Part shown: piece after piece, positions 29,128 through 38,531 of the stretch
Numbering within the stretch: the stretch's first letter is position 1
Layout of the letters: every line of letters starts with the position of its first letter
NCBI GenBank assembly: GCA_020184695.1
Contig: JAANOX010000061.1
Span: forward strand, 1 to 64,000
Direction of reading: 5' to 3'
DNA length: 64,000 nt
Source of the DNA: Histomonas meleagridis 2922-C6/04-290x
Taxonomy: Eukaryota; Protista; Parabasalia
Translations under genes and position numbers: made by a program
Notes under the pieces: generated by a model
Told to the model about the DNA's origin: nothing
What the model saw: only the letters and a program-made list of their open reading frames with translations
The model's database searches: none

Positions 29128-30245
29128 TTAAAATTTAATTAATTCAAATGAATCAAAACGATTCTTATAATATCTTAATCCTCCTAACGAGTCATCGCGC
29201 GCTAGCACGCCTTGCATTTCTGCTCGAAGTAAATAATTCTTCGCAATTGATGTCGGCAGTCCTGTCTTCTTCGCCATCATCATCGGCGTGGCGAAGTCGT
29301 TCGGTCCAAGTTTAGATAGAAACGTGTCGACAACGCCTGTGAACGAAACACTCGCTGGAACAACAATACGAATGTTCGCTATAGTTTCAACTCGAATTGG
29401 GAAATTGCCTTTACTTTCGATGTAGTCAAGCGCACCTTGCAGATCGGGCGGTGAGATAAAGTCGTTACCGCGCGCTCGATTGTACGCAGCATATGCTTCT
29501 GCAACAGATAATATCCCTTCTTTAACACGCGGTAAATATGAATTCATAAATGTAGAAAATTCATTCGCAAGTGCAATCGAATATTGGTCACCGGATCCTT
29601 TCGATTTTGTAACTGGATTCGTTAAACCAATGGCTAAACAAATTTGACTCATCTCGGAATTAGATTCGGAATCGGTCATTTTACTGAGTTCACTCGCAAT
29701 AGATATTAAATCTTGCGCACACGTTTTAAGAGTTTTAATGTCTTGTAAAGAAGAACTAAGTGTCTCATCTTTTTGTTTAATATCTGTCTCGACATGTTGT
29801 TTAATGGCTGCTACTCCATGAGTTTGATTGATTTCTTTAAGATTCGTAGGTTTATTAGTAATAATCTCTTTTTGGTTCGTGTTTGACTTGGTGACGTTAA
29901 ATTTGTGATCTTTTGCGCTAAATCACAAATTAATTGATAACTGGCTTGAAATGAAAACATTTCACCTGAATTAGTATTAATGGTTAAAAAACCATAATTT
30001 TGGACGTCTGGATATTGTGCTGGTTCAATAGTTTTAGTATTATTGATTTCATATGAATATGCATATGTTCGACCATATAAAAGAAAAACTATGCGTTTAC
30101 TTGTTAAAACACAAGTACCAATATCTCCAAATTTTAATCGTGGAATAGTTAATGAACATTCTTGATATCGCATAATTTGTGTTTCTTGTTCTATTAATGC
30201 AACACCATTAGTCGTACAATCAACTTGTTTCCATGAACTTGTCAT
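29128..30245 (-). pseudogene. VPS36: ESCRT-II Vps36/EAP45 copy 2, one 2-nt insertion (possibly assembly artefact)
   Basis: 1118 nt versus 1116 nt for an intact 371-aa frame; extra GA at ~29866 splits it into ORFs 29811-30245 and 29128-29679. Confidence 0.8.
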
Positions 30246-30294
30246 GATGAAAATTTATGATCGTTAACCGCTCAAATTCGGGGTGGTCCAAAAC

Positions 30295-30302
30295 GACGGT
30301 TA
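30295..30302 (+). promoter_or_regulatory. M3-like element GACGGTTA in bidirectional promoter
   Basis: Faces the ORF at 30334; a second M3 (30265-30272, minus strand) faces Vps36 copy 2. Confidence 0.5.
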
Positions 30303-30333
30303 ATTGATGTGATTTTTGATGTTTTAATTAAAA

Positions 30334-31536
30334 ATGTTAATTTCAAATTCTTTTATTTGTGATTTACGGCATACGGATGAAAATCCTATTCCATCGACAA
30401 TATTAGCATCGAATTTAGCGGATGCGCTTTGGGAACATGCATATTTTTTAGTTTCTTGTTCACCTGAAGTAAGTAAACTCTTTTCATGGACAATTTATGT
30501 TATTGATACAGAAGGAATTATACATAACTTAATGTCTGGTGACTTCTCTTTTCAAGAATTAAGGAAAACTTTAGATATGCTCAAAAATAACAAATTCGCT
30601 GGCGACATTGTATCTTCAAGTCAAAATCCTTTGTGCACAACAATTGATCTTTGTAGTTTTAATCGACAACAACAAATTCAAGTCTTTATATCTTCTGATT
30701 TTCCATGGGATGAAGAAATAGAAAAGACATTAAAAAGAGTTCAAATGACATTAGACTCAAATAACAATTTAAAAATTATAGTAGTTGGAGATCAGACACA
30801 ATTAGCAACAGAAATTGCATCGTTAAACATATTCCAAGTGATACAATTCCAAAATTGCGAAGATTGTTTATTTCAATATTTTCGTACAATTGCAGAAAAT
30901 TTAATTTTCCCTCCAATTAATGATCTTTTAGAAGTATCATCAAATATGATTCAATGCCAACGAACTCTTCTTACAATTCCTTCAGTAGAAGTTGGATTGA
31001 AAGATGTTTGTAAATGCCATAATTTACCTATTTTCATCAGATCAAATATTTATTGTTCAGTCACTAATAAAAAATTAAAGAATACGAAAACGCAGAAGGA
31101 ATATTCAATTGGTAATTTTTTAATTCCTTGGAAAGAAAGTGAAATATGCATTTCAAAGCTAGTTGCAAAATGTCGTATTTTAGCATCGAAAATTTCTGAG
31201 AGTTTTATAGTTGGGACAACGCAACTTCTTCAATCGGATTCACCGAAGTTTATCAGGCTAATAAATGAATTAAGATGTCATAAGGAAGTAATAATTGCAA
31301 AAAGAATTCCAAGCCTAATAGTTGGTGGGGAATATTGGGTATTATCTGCAGACCTAATACATCCGATTATACATTGTAAAAGAATTGCAAATCGAAATCA
31401 ATTAATGAAATTCGAATCAGCGTTATTATTTCAAAATACCACTGACATTTGTCCAACACCAATTTTAACTGAATTGCCAGAAGCAGATGAAGTTAGTCCA
31501 TTTCTATTAGGACGTGATGAGATTTACTTGCAATAA
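30334..31536 (+). CDS. hypothetical protein, 400 aa (possible vWA-like N-terminus)
   Basis: Long ORF divergent from Vps36 across 88 bp; no firm family motif. Confidence 0.7.
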   Translation: MLISNSFICDLRHTDENPIPSTILASNLADALWEHAYFLVSCSPEVSKLFSWTIYVIDTEGIIHNLMSGDFSFQELRKTLDMLKNNKFAGDIVSSSQNPLCTTIDLCSFNRQQQIQVFISSDFPWDEEIEKTLKRVQMTLDSNNNLKIIVVGDQTQLATEIASLNIFQVIQFQNCEDCLFQYFRTIAENLIFPPINDLLEVSSNMIQCQRTLLTIPSVEVGLKDVCKCHNLPIFIRSNIYCSVTNKKLKNTKTQKEYSIGNFLIPWKESEICISKLVAKCRILASKISESFIVGTTQLLQSDSPKFIRLINELRCHKEVIIAKRIPSLIVGGEYWVLSADLIHPIIHCKRIANRNQLMKFESALLFQNTTDICPTPILTELPEADEVSPFLLGRDEIYLQ

Positions 31537-31625
31537 GAATTTCAATTATTTTTATGCTGACAAATAATTTACTTCTCAAAAAATTCAGAAACTTCTGAAA
31601 ATGACCGTTTGAATAGAATGGAAAT

Positions 31626-34004
31626 ATGAGCTCTGAAACAAAAGCAAAAAATGAAGAGCCGAAAACAGAAGCCGAAAGTAAGCATACACATACACGGCAA
31701 AAGCAGAGAGCCAATGCAAATGAAGGAGGAAAAAGAAATAAAGCAGATAAAACATCTCAAATAAAACAAGAAGACGAACAAGACATAAAATCGACAACAA
31801 GTGAAGAAGAAGAAACAAGTAAATCCGGTAAATCAAATGTAAGTAAACATAAGTCAACAAATCAACCAAAGGCAGAATCAAATCAAGAAAAAACTTCAAA
31901 CGAACAACGTAAAAAAAACAGAACTGAAAAAACAAATGCAAATAAACGAAAAACACCAAATACACCTAAACAAGAATCAAATCAAGAAAGTGCAAGTTCA
32001 GGAGATGGGAGCAAAGGAAATGTAAGTAAACATAAAAAACATCCGCGACACTCAAACGCAAGCGAAAGTGGAACAGAAGATAAAGCGCAAACTAAACGAA
32101 CACGATCATCGAATGCAAACGAAAGTGGAAAAAACAATAAAACAGAAAAGTTAAGTAAATTACAGCCAACATCTCCTTCAAAGAAAGAGAAAAAGTCGGA
32201 TGAATCAGATGATGCAGGTCTCAGTGCGAAGGAACTAAGAGAAAAGATACTAAAAGCGCGTGAAAAGAGAATCAAAGATTTACTTGGCGATTACTTAAGT
32301 AAATTAGATGAAGAATCAGAGGAAGAAGAAGAGGAGGAAGAAAAGAAAGAAGAAACAAAGCAACAAGAAAAGAAAGAAGAAGAACAAAACAAAGAAATCG
32401 CTCGAACAGCATTGTCATCAATTGATTTCATTCCACGTCCTCGTCATCCATATTTGTCGAGAGGCACTTTGTTACCACCTATAGATATCCAAAGCGAATT
32501 ACAATTAATGCCGAAACGTAAAATCGATATAAATGAGTTAATAATTGAAGGAGAATTAACGTTAGAAGAAAGTTCCGATGAAGAAGCATCGAAACAAGGA
32601 CAAAGTGAAAGTGATTTAAGTGAATTAGATGATGAAATGGTCGAAAATGATAAAAGTAATGAATCAGAATCAGAAAGTGAAAGTAGTTCAGGTCAAAATG
32701 AAATAGAAGAAAAAGTTAAATCTGATAGTGATAAAGAAGATAACAAAGAAATGGAAATAATTCAAGAAAACAAAGACAAAGTTTATAGCGAATCAAGTGA
32801 TGCTTCAGATGAAGGAAGTGAATCAAACGAAGAAATACAGAATAATAATAATTACTCAAGTGATAGTAACAGTGATGAAAATGAAAATAGTTCAAGTGAA
32901 AGTAAATCGGAATCATCAAATAAAATAGAAGAAATAGAAGAAATTAAGAAATCATCTGATGATAGTGATGATGTTGAAGAGTCAACAGACGAAAAACAGA
33001 ATAATGATATAAACGAAGAAATTGCGGACTCATCAAGTGAAGAATCACAAATTGAAAACAAAGTTAAAGAAAACTCGAATTCAAATGAAGATAAAAGTGA
33101 AAGCAGTACAAGTGATAACAGCAATGAAGGAACAAATGAAGCTGCAGAAGAAGAAACACATGAAGTTGAGGAAAATTCGAAATCAAATGAAGAAAGTGGC
33201 GGCGCAAGTGATAACGAAATAAAAGAAGAAGAAACGCACGAAAATAAAGAGAATTCAAAATCAAATGAAGATAAAAGTGATAGCAGTTCAAGTGATAACA
33301 GCAATGAAGCTGAAGAAGAAGAAACAAATGAAGTTAAGGAAAATTCGAAATCAAACAAAGAAAGTGGCAGCAGCGCAAGTGATTGTAATACAGAAGAAAA
33401 TAATGAAACAAAAGAAGAAGAAGAAACGAATGAAATTAAGGAAAATTCAAACCCATCAAATAAAGAAAGCAGCAGTTCAAGCGATGGTGAAACAAAAGAA
33501 GAAGAAACGCATGAAGCTGAGGAAAACTCAAAATCAAACAAGGCTAAAAGTGATAGTAGCACAAATGACAGTAATACAAAAGAAGAGCGAAATGAAAGCG
33601 ATACAGAAAACACAAAGCCAAACAAAGAAAAAAGTGGCAGTGATTCAAGTGATAATGAAACAAAAGAAGAAGAAGAAACGAATGAAATTAAGGAAAATTC
33701 AAACCCATCAAATAAAGAAAGCAGCAGTTCAAGCGATGGTGAAACAAAAGAAGAAGAAACGCATGAAGCTGAGGAAAACTCAAAATCAAACGAAGCTAAA
33801 AGTGGCAGTAGCACAAGTGACAGTAACACAAAAGAAGAGCGAAATGAATCATCAAGTGAAGCAAAAAGTGGCCGCAGCTCAAGCGGTAGTGAAAACGAAG
33901 GAAACGAAAGCGAAGACACAGAAAACACAAAACCATCAAATAAAGGAAGTGACCGTAGTTCAAGTGATAGCGGCAGTAGTAGTGGAAAGCAAAGCGATGA
34001 TTAA
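31626..34004 (+). CDS. 792-aa intrinsically disordered Glu/Ser/Asn/Lys-rich repeat protein
   Basis: Low-complexity ORF; 33401-33539 is identical to 33653-33791 (period 252 nt = 84 aa). Confidence 0.8.
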   Translation: MSSETKAKNEEPKTEAESKHTHTRQKQRANANEGGKRNKADKTSQIKQEDEQDIKSTTSEEEETSKSGKSNVSKHKSTNQPKAESNQEKTSNEQRKKNRTEKTNANKRKTPNTPKQESNQESASSGDGSKGNVSKHKKHPRHSNASESGTEDKAQTKRTRSSNANESGKNNKTEKLSKLQPTSPSKKEKKSDESDDAGLSAKELREKILKAREKRIKDLLGDYLSKLDEESEEEEEEEEKKEETKQQEKKEEEQNKEIARTALSSIDFIPRPRHPYLSRGTLLPPIDIQSELQLMPKRKIDINELIIEGELTLEESSDEEASKQGQSESDLSELDDEMVENDKSNESESESESSSGQNEIEEKVKSDSDKEDNKEMEIIQENKDKVYSESSDASDEGSESNEEIQNNNNYSSDSNSDENENSSSESKSESSNKIEEIEEIKKSSDDSDDVEESTDEKQNNDINEEIADSSSEESQIENKVKENSNSNEDKSESSTSDNSNEGTNEAAEEETHEVEENSKSNEESGGASDNEIKEEETHENKENSKSNEDKSDSSSSDNSNEAEEEETNEVKENSKSNKESGSSASDCNTEENNETKEEEETNEIKENSNPSNKESSSSSDGETKEEETHEAEENSKSNKAKSDSSTNDSNTKEERNESDTENTKPNKEKSGSDSSDNETKEEEETNEIKENSNPSNKESSSSSDGETKEEETHEAEENSKSNEAKSGSSTSDSNTKEERNESSSEAKSGRSSSGSENEGNESEDTENTKPSNKGSDRSSSDSGSSSGKQSDD

Positions 34005-34445
34005 AATCTTAATATTAGCAAACAAAGCGAAAGTAAATTATATTGAAATGTTCTTTATACAGTAAAGAATCACATTTACTGTTACCAAAAGTGACTTCAC
34101 TAGCGAACTTCTGTTTATTTTCAAAGGTTTGATGAACTCATTTTATTTCGAACTATTAAAGAATTCGTTCGCCTTTTTAACTTACTCTTTTCTGTTGCAA
34201 AAGCATCGGCTTCACTTTTTGTACACGATACAAAGTAACATTCAATTTTGGATTTCGGAAGTTTATTGTCAGCGACCGTTGTTTGTGAAGGCAAAAAAAT
34301 TTACTGAAAAAGAAAAGTATCTTATTGCATAATGAATATTTCAGGGTGACTTACCGATTTTTAATAATATTTATTATTTAACTATCAAAAAGTGGCACTC
34401 ATTTCACAGATTCGCTAATTCCAAAACAGAATTCATTTTATCTAT

Positions 34446-35954
34446 TTAATGAACGAAGTATTTCTCTACAAAGTTAGTGAACGCCTCCACATCCTCCATA
34501 GATGTGTAAGCTCCCATTGATATTCTAACAGCGCCAAGTGGTACTCCATTTACAATGTCGATGCTATCGTGACAACTTGTCTTTTCTTTATAATACTCTT
34601 CAACCTCATCATCGGTAAGGCCGTTTGCTTTCGTGCATCCTCCTGGGTTGCAGAAGCATCCTACTCTTATGTTGATGTTTTCTTTTGCGGCATTTTTCAT
34701 CACCTCATTATAGCCGATATAGCCGCCGGTGCTATTCAAAAAGTTGAGTGTGATTATGGGGCCCTGTTTCAATGGGTCATTCAAATTGTGGTTCCCGTAA
34801 ATTTTAACCACCGGACGACCGTTTGAATGCCTGATGTTGTTCAAGCGAACATAAAGTTCACGTGCAACGCACCATGTATGTTTGCTGATGTTCTTGATTC
34901 CAAGGGCGTCAAGGGCATCAAAACCATTCTTGAGAGCAAGAATTGATAAAAATGGAATCGTTCCATCTTCAAATCTTGAGCATCCTCTTGGTTGAAGTAA
35001 TGCGAAATCTTTTCCACATGTGGCCATAACAACAGAACCACCTGCGAATCCCATTTTCCTTAGGTTTGGAACAACATCATTCTTAACAACTAGTGCTCCA
35101 AGATTTGGAAATCCGAAAATCTTATAGAAACTCATAACAACGAAATCTGCTTGTACCTTATGAAGGTTAAGTTCGTTTGTTGGTAAATAAGCTGATGCAT
35201 CGAGGAGAACATACCAATTTCCTTTTGCAAATTTGTCTGGAAAATCAGTTGTCTTGAATTTTCGTACCCATTCTTGTGGGTACTTCTTGCCGGCAAAGTT
35301 TTCTTCCAGTGGATATGCAAATAGATGACTAGCAACAGATGATGAATCTTGTTTTCTGTTACCTTGACCTTGAAGTTCTTCCTCGTTAGCCATCCTGAAG
35401 GTAGCGCCGAAGTGAGTTGCCCACCTACGAACACCAAGAACTGAGTTGTGATTATCTCTTGTATATAAATATAATGATTTAGATGACCATGGGAAAGATT
35501 CTGCTAAAAGTCGAAGTGAAGCTGTGCAAGAAGCTGTGAAAATTACTGTGTATTCTGATGAAGTTGTTCCTAAAAATTTCAATATTCTATCACGAGTTTC
35601 TTCAACAAGCTCTGTAGTGAGTGCCGATGCGGGTGATAATGAATGAGGGTTAGCAAACAAGTTATGTTTGTAGGTATTAAAAACGCCTTCGATCTGTGAA
35701 GTTCTGTATAACCCACTTCCGGCATAATCTAAATAAATTGAACCATTAAGGTGCTTCATATCTTTATCACGGATTTGGTTAAGCTTGCCATCATATCCAT
35801 AATCATCACCAAGATTTGTTCTAAATTTTGGTGGAAGATGTTTGATAGGAGGCTCATATACCATTAAAAAGTAATATGCTCCAGAAGCCGCCAATCCGAT
35901 GATAGCGACAATGGAAAATATAAGCATTCCATTTCCCTTTTTTGCGTCTTTCAT
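34446..35954 (-). CDS. molybdenum cofactor sulfurase-like (class V PLP, NifS-like) protein with N-terminal membrane anchor, no MOSC domain
   Basis: YLDYAGSGLY, VIFTASCTASL, LLDASA, SFYKIFGFP (PLP Lys), RFEDGT, RVGCFCNPG, GAVRISMG; N-terminal LIFSIVAIIGLAASGAYYFLMVY. Confidence 0.85.
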   Translation of the reverse strand: MKDAKKGNGMLIFSIVAIIGLAASGAYYFLMVYEPPIKHLPPKFRTNLGDDYGYDGKLNQIRDKDMKHLNGSIYLDYAGSGLYRTSQIEGVFNTYKHNLFANPHSLSPASALTTELVEETRDRILKFLGTTSSEYTVIFTASCTASLRLLAESFPWSSKSLYLYTRDNHNSVLGVRRWATHFGATFRMANEEELQGQGNRKQDSSSVASHLFAYPLEENFAGKKYPQEWVRKFKTTDFPDKFAKGNWYVLLDASAYLPTNELNLHKVQADFVVMSFYKIFGFPNLGALVVKNDVVPNLRKMGFAGGSVVMATCGKDFALLQPRGCSRFEDGTIPFLSILALKNGFDALDALGIKNISKHTWCVARELYVRLNNIRHSNGRPVVKIYGNHNLNDPLKQGPIITLNFLNSTGGYIGYNEVMKNAAKENINIRVGCFCNPGGCTKANGLTDDEVEEYYKEKTSCHDSIDIVNGVPLGAVRISMGAYTSMEDVEAFTNFVEKYFVH

Positions 35955-35967
35955 ATGTAATGTGAAA

Positions 35968-35975
35968 TAACGGTT
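35968..35975 (-). promoter_or_regulatory. M3-like element AACCGTTA
   Basis: DRCSGYTD match 13 nt upstream of ATG 35954, with TCAC Inr-like sequence between. Confidence 0.45.
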
Positions 35976-36668
35976 TGGCCAAACTGCAAAACAAACTTAA
36001 TTGAATGAGCGATACAAATTTTCTGAAATGGGCTGGCAAATCGACTCAAAAAATTGAATTCAAACCACTAAACCAAATAATTTTTGGAAAAACAAATGTT
36101 TGGGCCCACGATTGTAAAAACTAAATACGTTATAAGATATTCAATTTTCTGAGGATCAGATGAAGTGATTAAAAACATCATCATTTATGATTTTTATATA
36201 TATGTTGGAAATAAATACGAACCAAAAGTAATTTCAACATAATATAAATACCTAATAATAGTATCTTCAAATTTGAATTTTAATATGTAGAATATAAATG
36301 CGTTTTAATTTTTTCAAATATTTTAATCGATTTGAAAATTTTTATATAAGAATATAATAATTTTTCTCAGATATTTATATAAATTTATTTATCCATTAAT
36401 ATAATTTTTGATAAAATTTTTATATATCATTTTTATGTACAATTTATAGTGAAATATGAACCAGAATATTTTTGAACGCAAAATATTTTTACAAAATAAA
36501 ATCGATTTAATTTTGTATTATGTATTATTACTGATTTTGCCATCATTTCTTCATGTATAGGTTTGTAATATTTTAGCTTAAAAATTTATATTTATAATCC
36601 CATATAACAATATTTATAGCAACATATGTATAAATCATTTATTTAGGCAAATACAAAGAAATATTATA

Positions 36669-38024
36669 TTACTCGTCTGAATCACCAATATCTATGTTAA
36701 ATTGGTCGCTTGAGAAATTCATGCTATCATCTATGTGGAAGCTTGATTGCTTTTGGCTGCTTTTTGATTCGTTTTGTGTTTCGCTGTTTTGGTTTTCTTG
36801 AACTAAATCGTCTTCGCCATCCTCATCGTTGAAATCAAGAACATCTTCATCAACGCCGACACTGTTTCCTTCGTTCACTTGGTCTTCATCGTTTGATAAT
36901 TCGACATCGAAATCCTCGAATCGATCAAAAAAGTCCGAAACAGAACTTTCATCTTCTTTTTTGTCGTCTTCTTTTTCTTGTTTCTCTTTGTCGCTTGACA
37001 AGAAATTATCATCGATGTCTATTTCGAAATTATCTTCTTCTTCTTTTTTATTGTTTTCTTTGTTGTCTGAAATTGTCTTTTCGTTGATATCTATTTCGAA
37101 ATTTTCTTCTTCCTCTTTGTGAACTTCTTTTTGTGGTTTATCTTTGTCGCTTGATAAGAAGCTGTTATCAATGTCAATGTCTAAATCATCGTCATCTTTT
37201 TGATCTTTAGATTTTTCGGCAGAGAATTCGTTTTCATCAATTTCGATTTCGAAGTTTTCTTCTTCCTCTTTGTGAACTTCTTTTTTGGGTTTATCTTTGT
37301 CGCTTGAAATGAATTCATCATCTATGTCTAAATCTAAATCTTCTTCATTTGTGTCTTTGCTTTTGTCATTGTTTAGCTCAAAATTGTTTTCTTCTTTGTT
37401 ACTTGATAAGAATTTGTCATCAATTTCTAATTCGAAATTTTCTTCTTTACCCTTTGATGATGAACTTTCCATTTTGCGCTCTTTCTCGTCTTCTTCCTCT
37501 TTCTGTGGAAGAGTTAATGCCTGCGTTAAAAATGCGCCATTTTCATTATTTTTGTCAAGAGATATAATATTTTTGTCTTTTGTTATCTTCGGTATTTCGT
37601 GTTCGGAACGTAAAACAAAATCCTTTACTTTGTTTTGAAATTCTGCTTCTGTATCGGTTGGAACGTATTCAAGTAAATCACTAAACTGATCACTACTTGA
37701 ATTGAAATCTCTTAAAGAACCTTTTGGATTTTGCGTTTTTGTTTGCTTAAATTCACAATCAATTGTTTGTGAAGTAAGGATCAAATTATTTTCTTTAAGA
37801 TAATTCATAACAAGTGCATACGCTTTCATCCAAGCTTTGTTTGTATTCCTTGTTTTTATTTTTGGTTGCATAGAGAAAAAGTAAGGATTATCAGAACCAA
37901 CGACTTCATTAGCAATATGTTGAATAAACTGAGCTTTCATTTGATTAGAAACTCCATAGCTTTCTAACATTTTTGGAGTCTCTTTTAGAATTTTTTGTTC
38001 TTCTTCCTTCGTGAGTTGGCTCAT
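36669..38024 (-). CDS. FOP/FOR20/TON1-like (TOF-LisH) protein with long acidic repeat tail
   Basis: MLESYGVSNQMKAQF and ALVMNYLKENNLILTSQTIDCEF (LisH-like); repeats of (F/L)(E/D)I(E/D)ID..F.SSDK. Confidence 0.55.
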   Translation of the reverse strand: MSQLTKEEEQKILKETPKMLESYGVSNQMKAQFIQHIANEVVGSDNPYFFSMQPKIKTRNTNKAWMKAYALVMNYLKENNLILTSQTIDCEFKQTKTQNPKGSLRDFNSSSDQFSDLLEYVPTDTEAEFQNKVKDFVLRSEHEIPKITKDKNIISLDKNNENGAFLTQALTLPQKEEEDEKERKMESSSSKGKEENFELEIDDKFLSSNKEENNFELNNDKSKDTNEEDLDLDIDDEFISSDKDKPKKEVHKEEEENFEIEIDENEFSAEKSKDQKDDDDLDIDIDNSFLSSDKDKPQKEVHKEEEENFEIDINEKTISDNKENNKKEEEDNFEIDIDDNFLSSDKEKQEKEDDKKEDESSVSDFFDRFEDFDVELSNDEDQVNEGNSVGVDEDVLDFNDEDGEDDLVQENQNSETQNESKSSQKQSSFHIDDSMNFSSDQFNIDIGDSDE

Positions 38025-38531
38025 CCAACAAGAGCTGAAAATACGTTAAAATTATTAATAATTTTTTGTAACGAAAATCAATGATTATAACTTGAATTTT
38101 TAATAACCTTGGTGTTGCACGTCACTACAGTGTTTGGATATATCAAAATATCAATATATACGTCTTGAATATGAAATATGAATTGATATATTCTAAATTT
38201 GTAATAAATCTTGGATAGGTTCCGCATTTTAATAAACATATACAAGAAAACTAGAATAATAAAATGATAAAACTTACTTAATAAGTTTTCCATGTTTTCT
38301 CGAGAAAAAATGTGTTACCTTCAATAAACACAAATTGTTTGCAGTGGCTCTTTATTTCAAACATGCAAACGCACAGCATCACTTACTTTATTTTCCCAGC
38401 GGGATGACAACTTCACTTGAAGATAGCATTCATAATAATATTATTTTTGTTTCTATTTGAAATCCAAAGTTTATTTATTATTTAATTATTAAAGTAATTT
38501 ACAAACAAAGTCACATAAATTTTATTACAGT

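Larger units (their letters stand above)
28758..30302 (-). repeat. right arm of ~1.55 kb inverted duplication
   Basis: Reverse complement of 22795-24340. Confidence 0.95.

Noticed and set aside
22795-30302. Composite transposon or Maverick-type element with long terminal inverted repeats
   Set aside because: The arms contain a host ESCRT gene, no transposase or integrase is present, and no target-site duplication is evident.
32852-34065. Long overlapping ORFs (358 aa antisense, 266 aa alternate frame)
   Set aside because: These are shadows of the low-complexity repeat gene, whose composition is depleted of stop codons.
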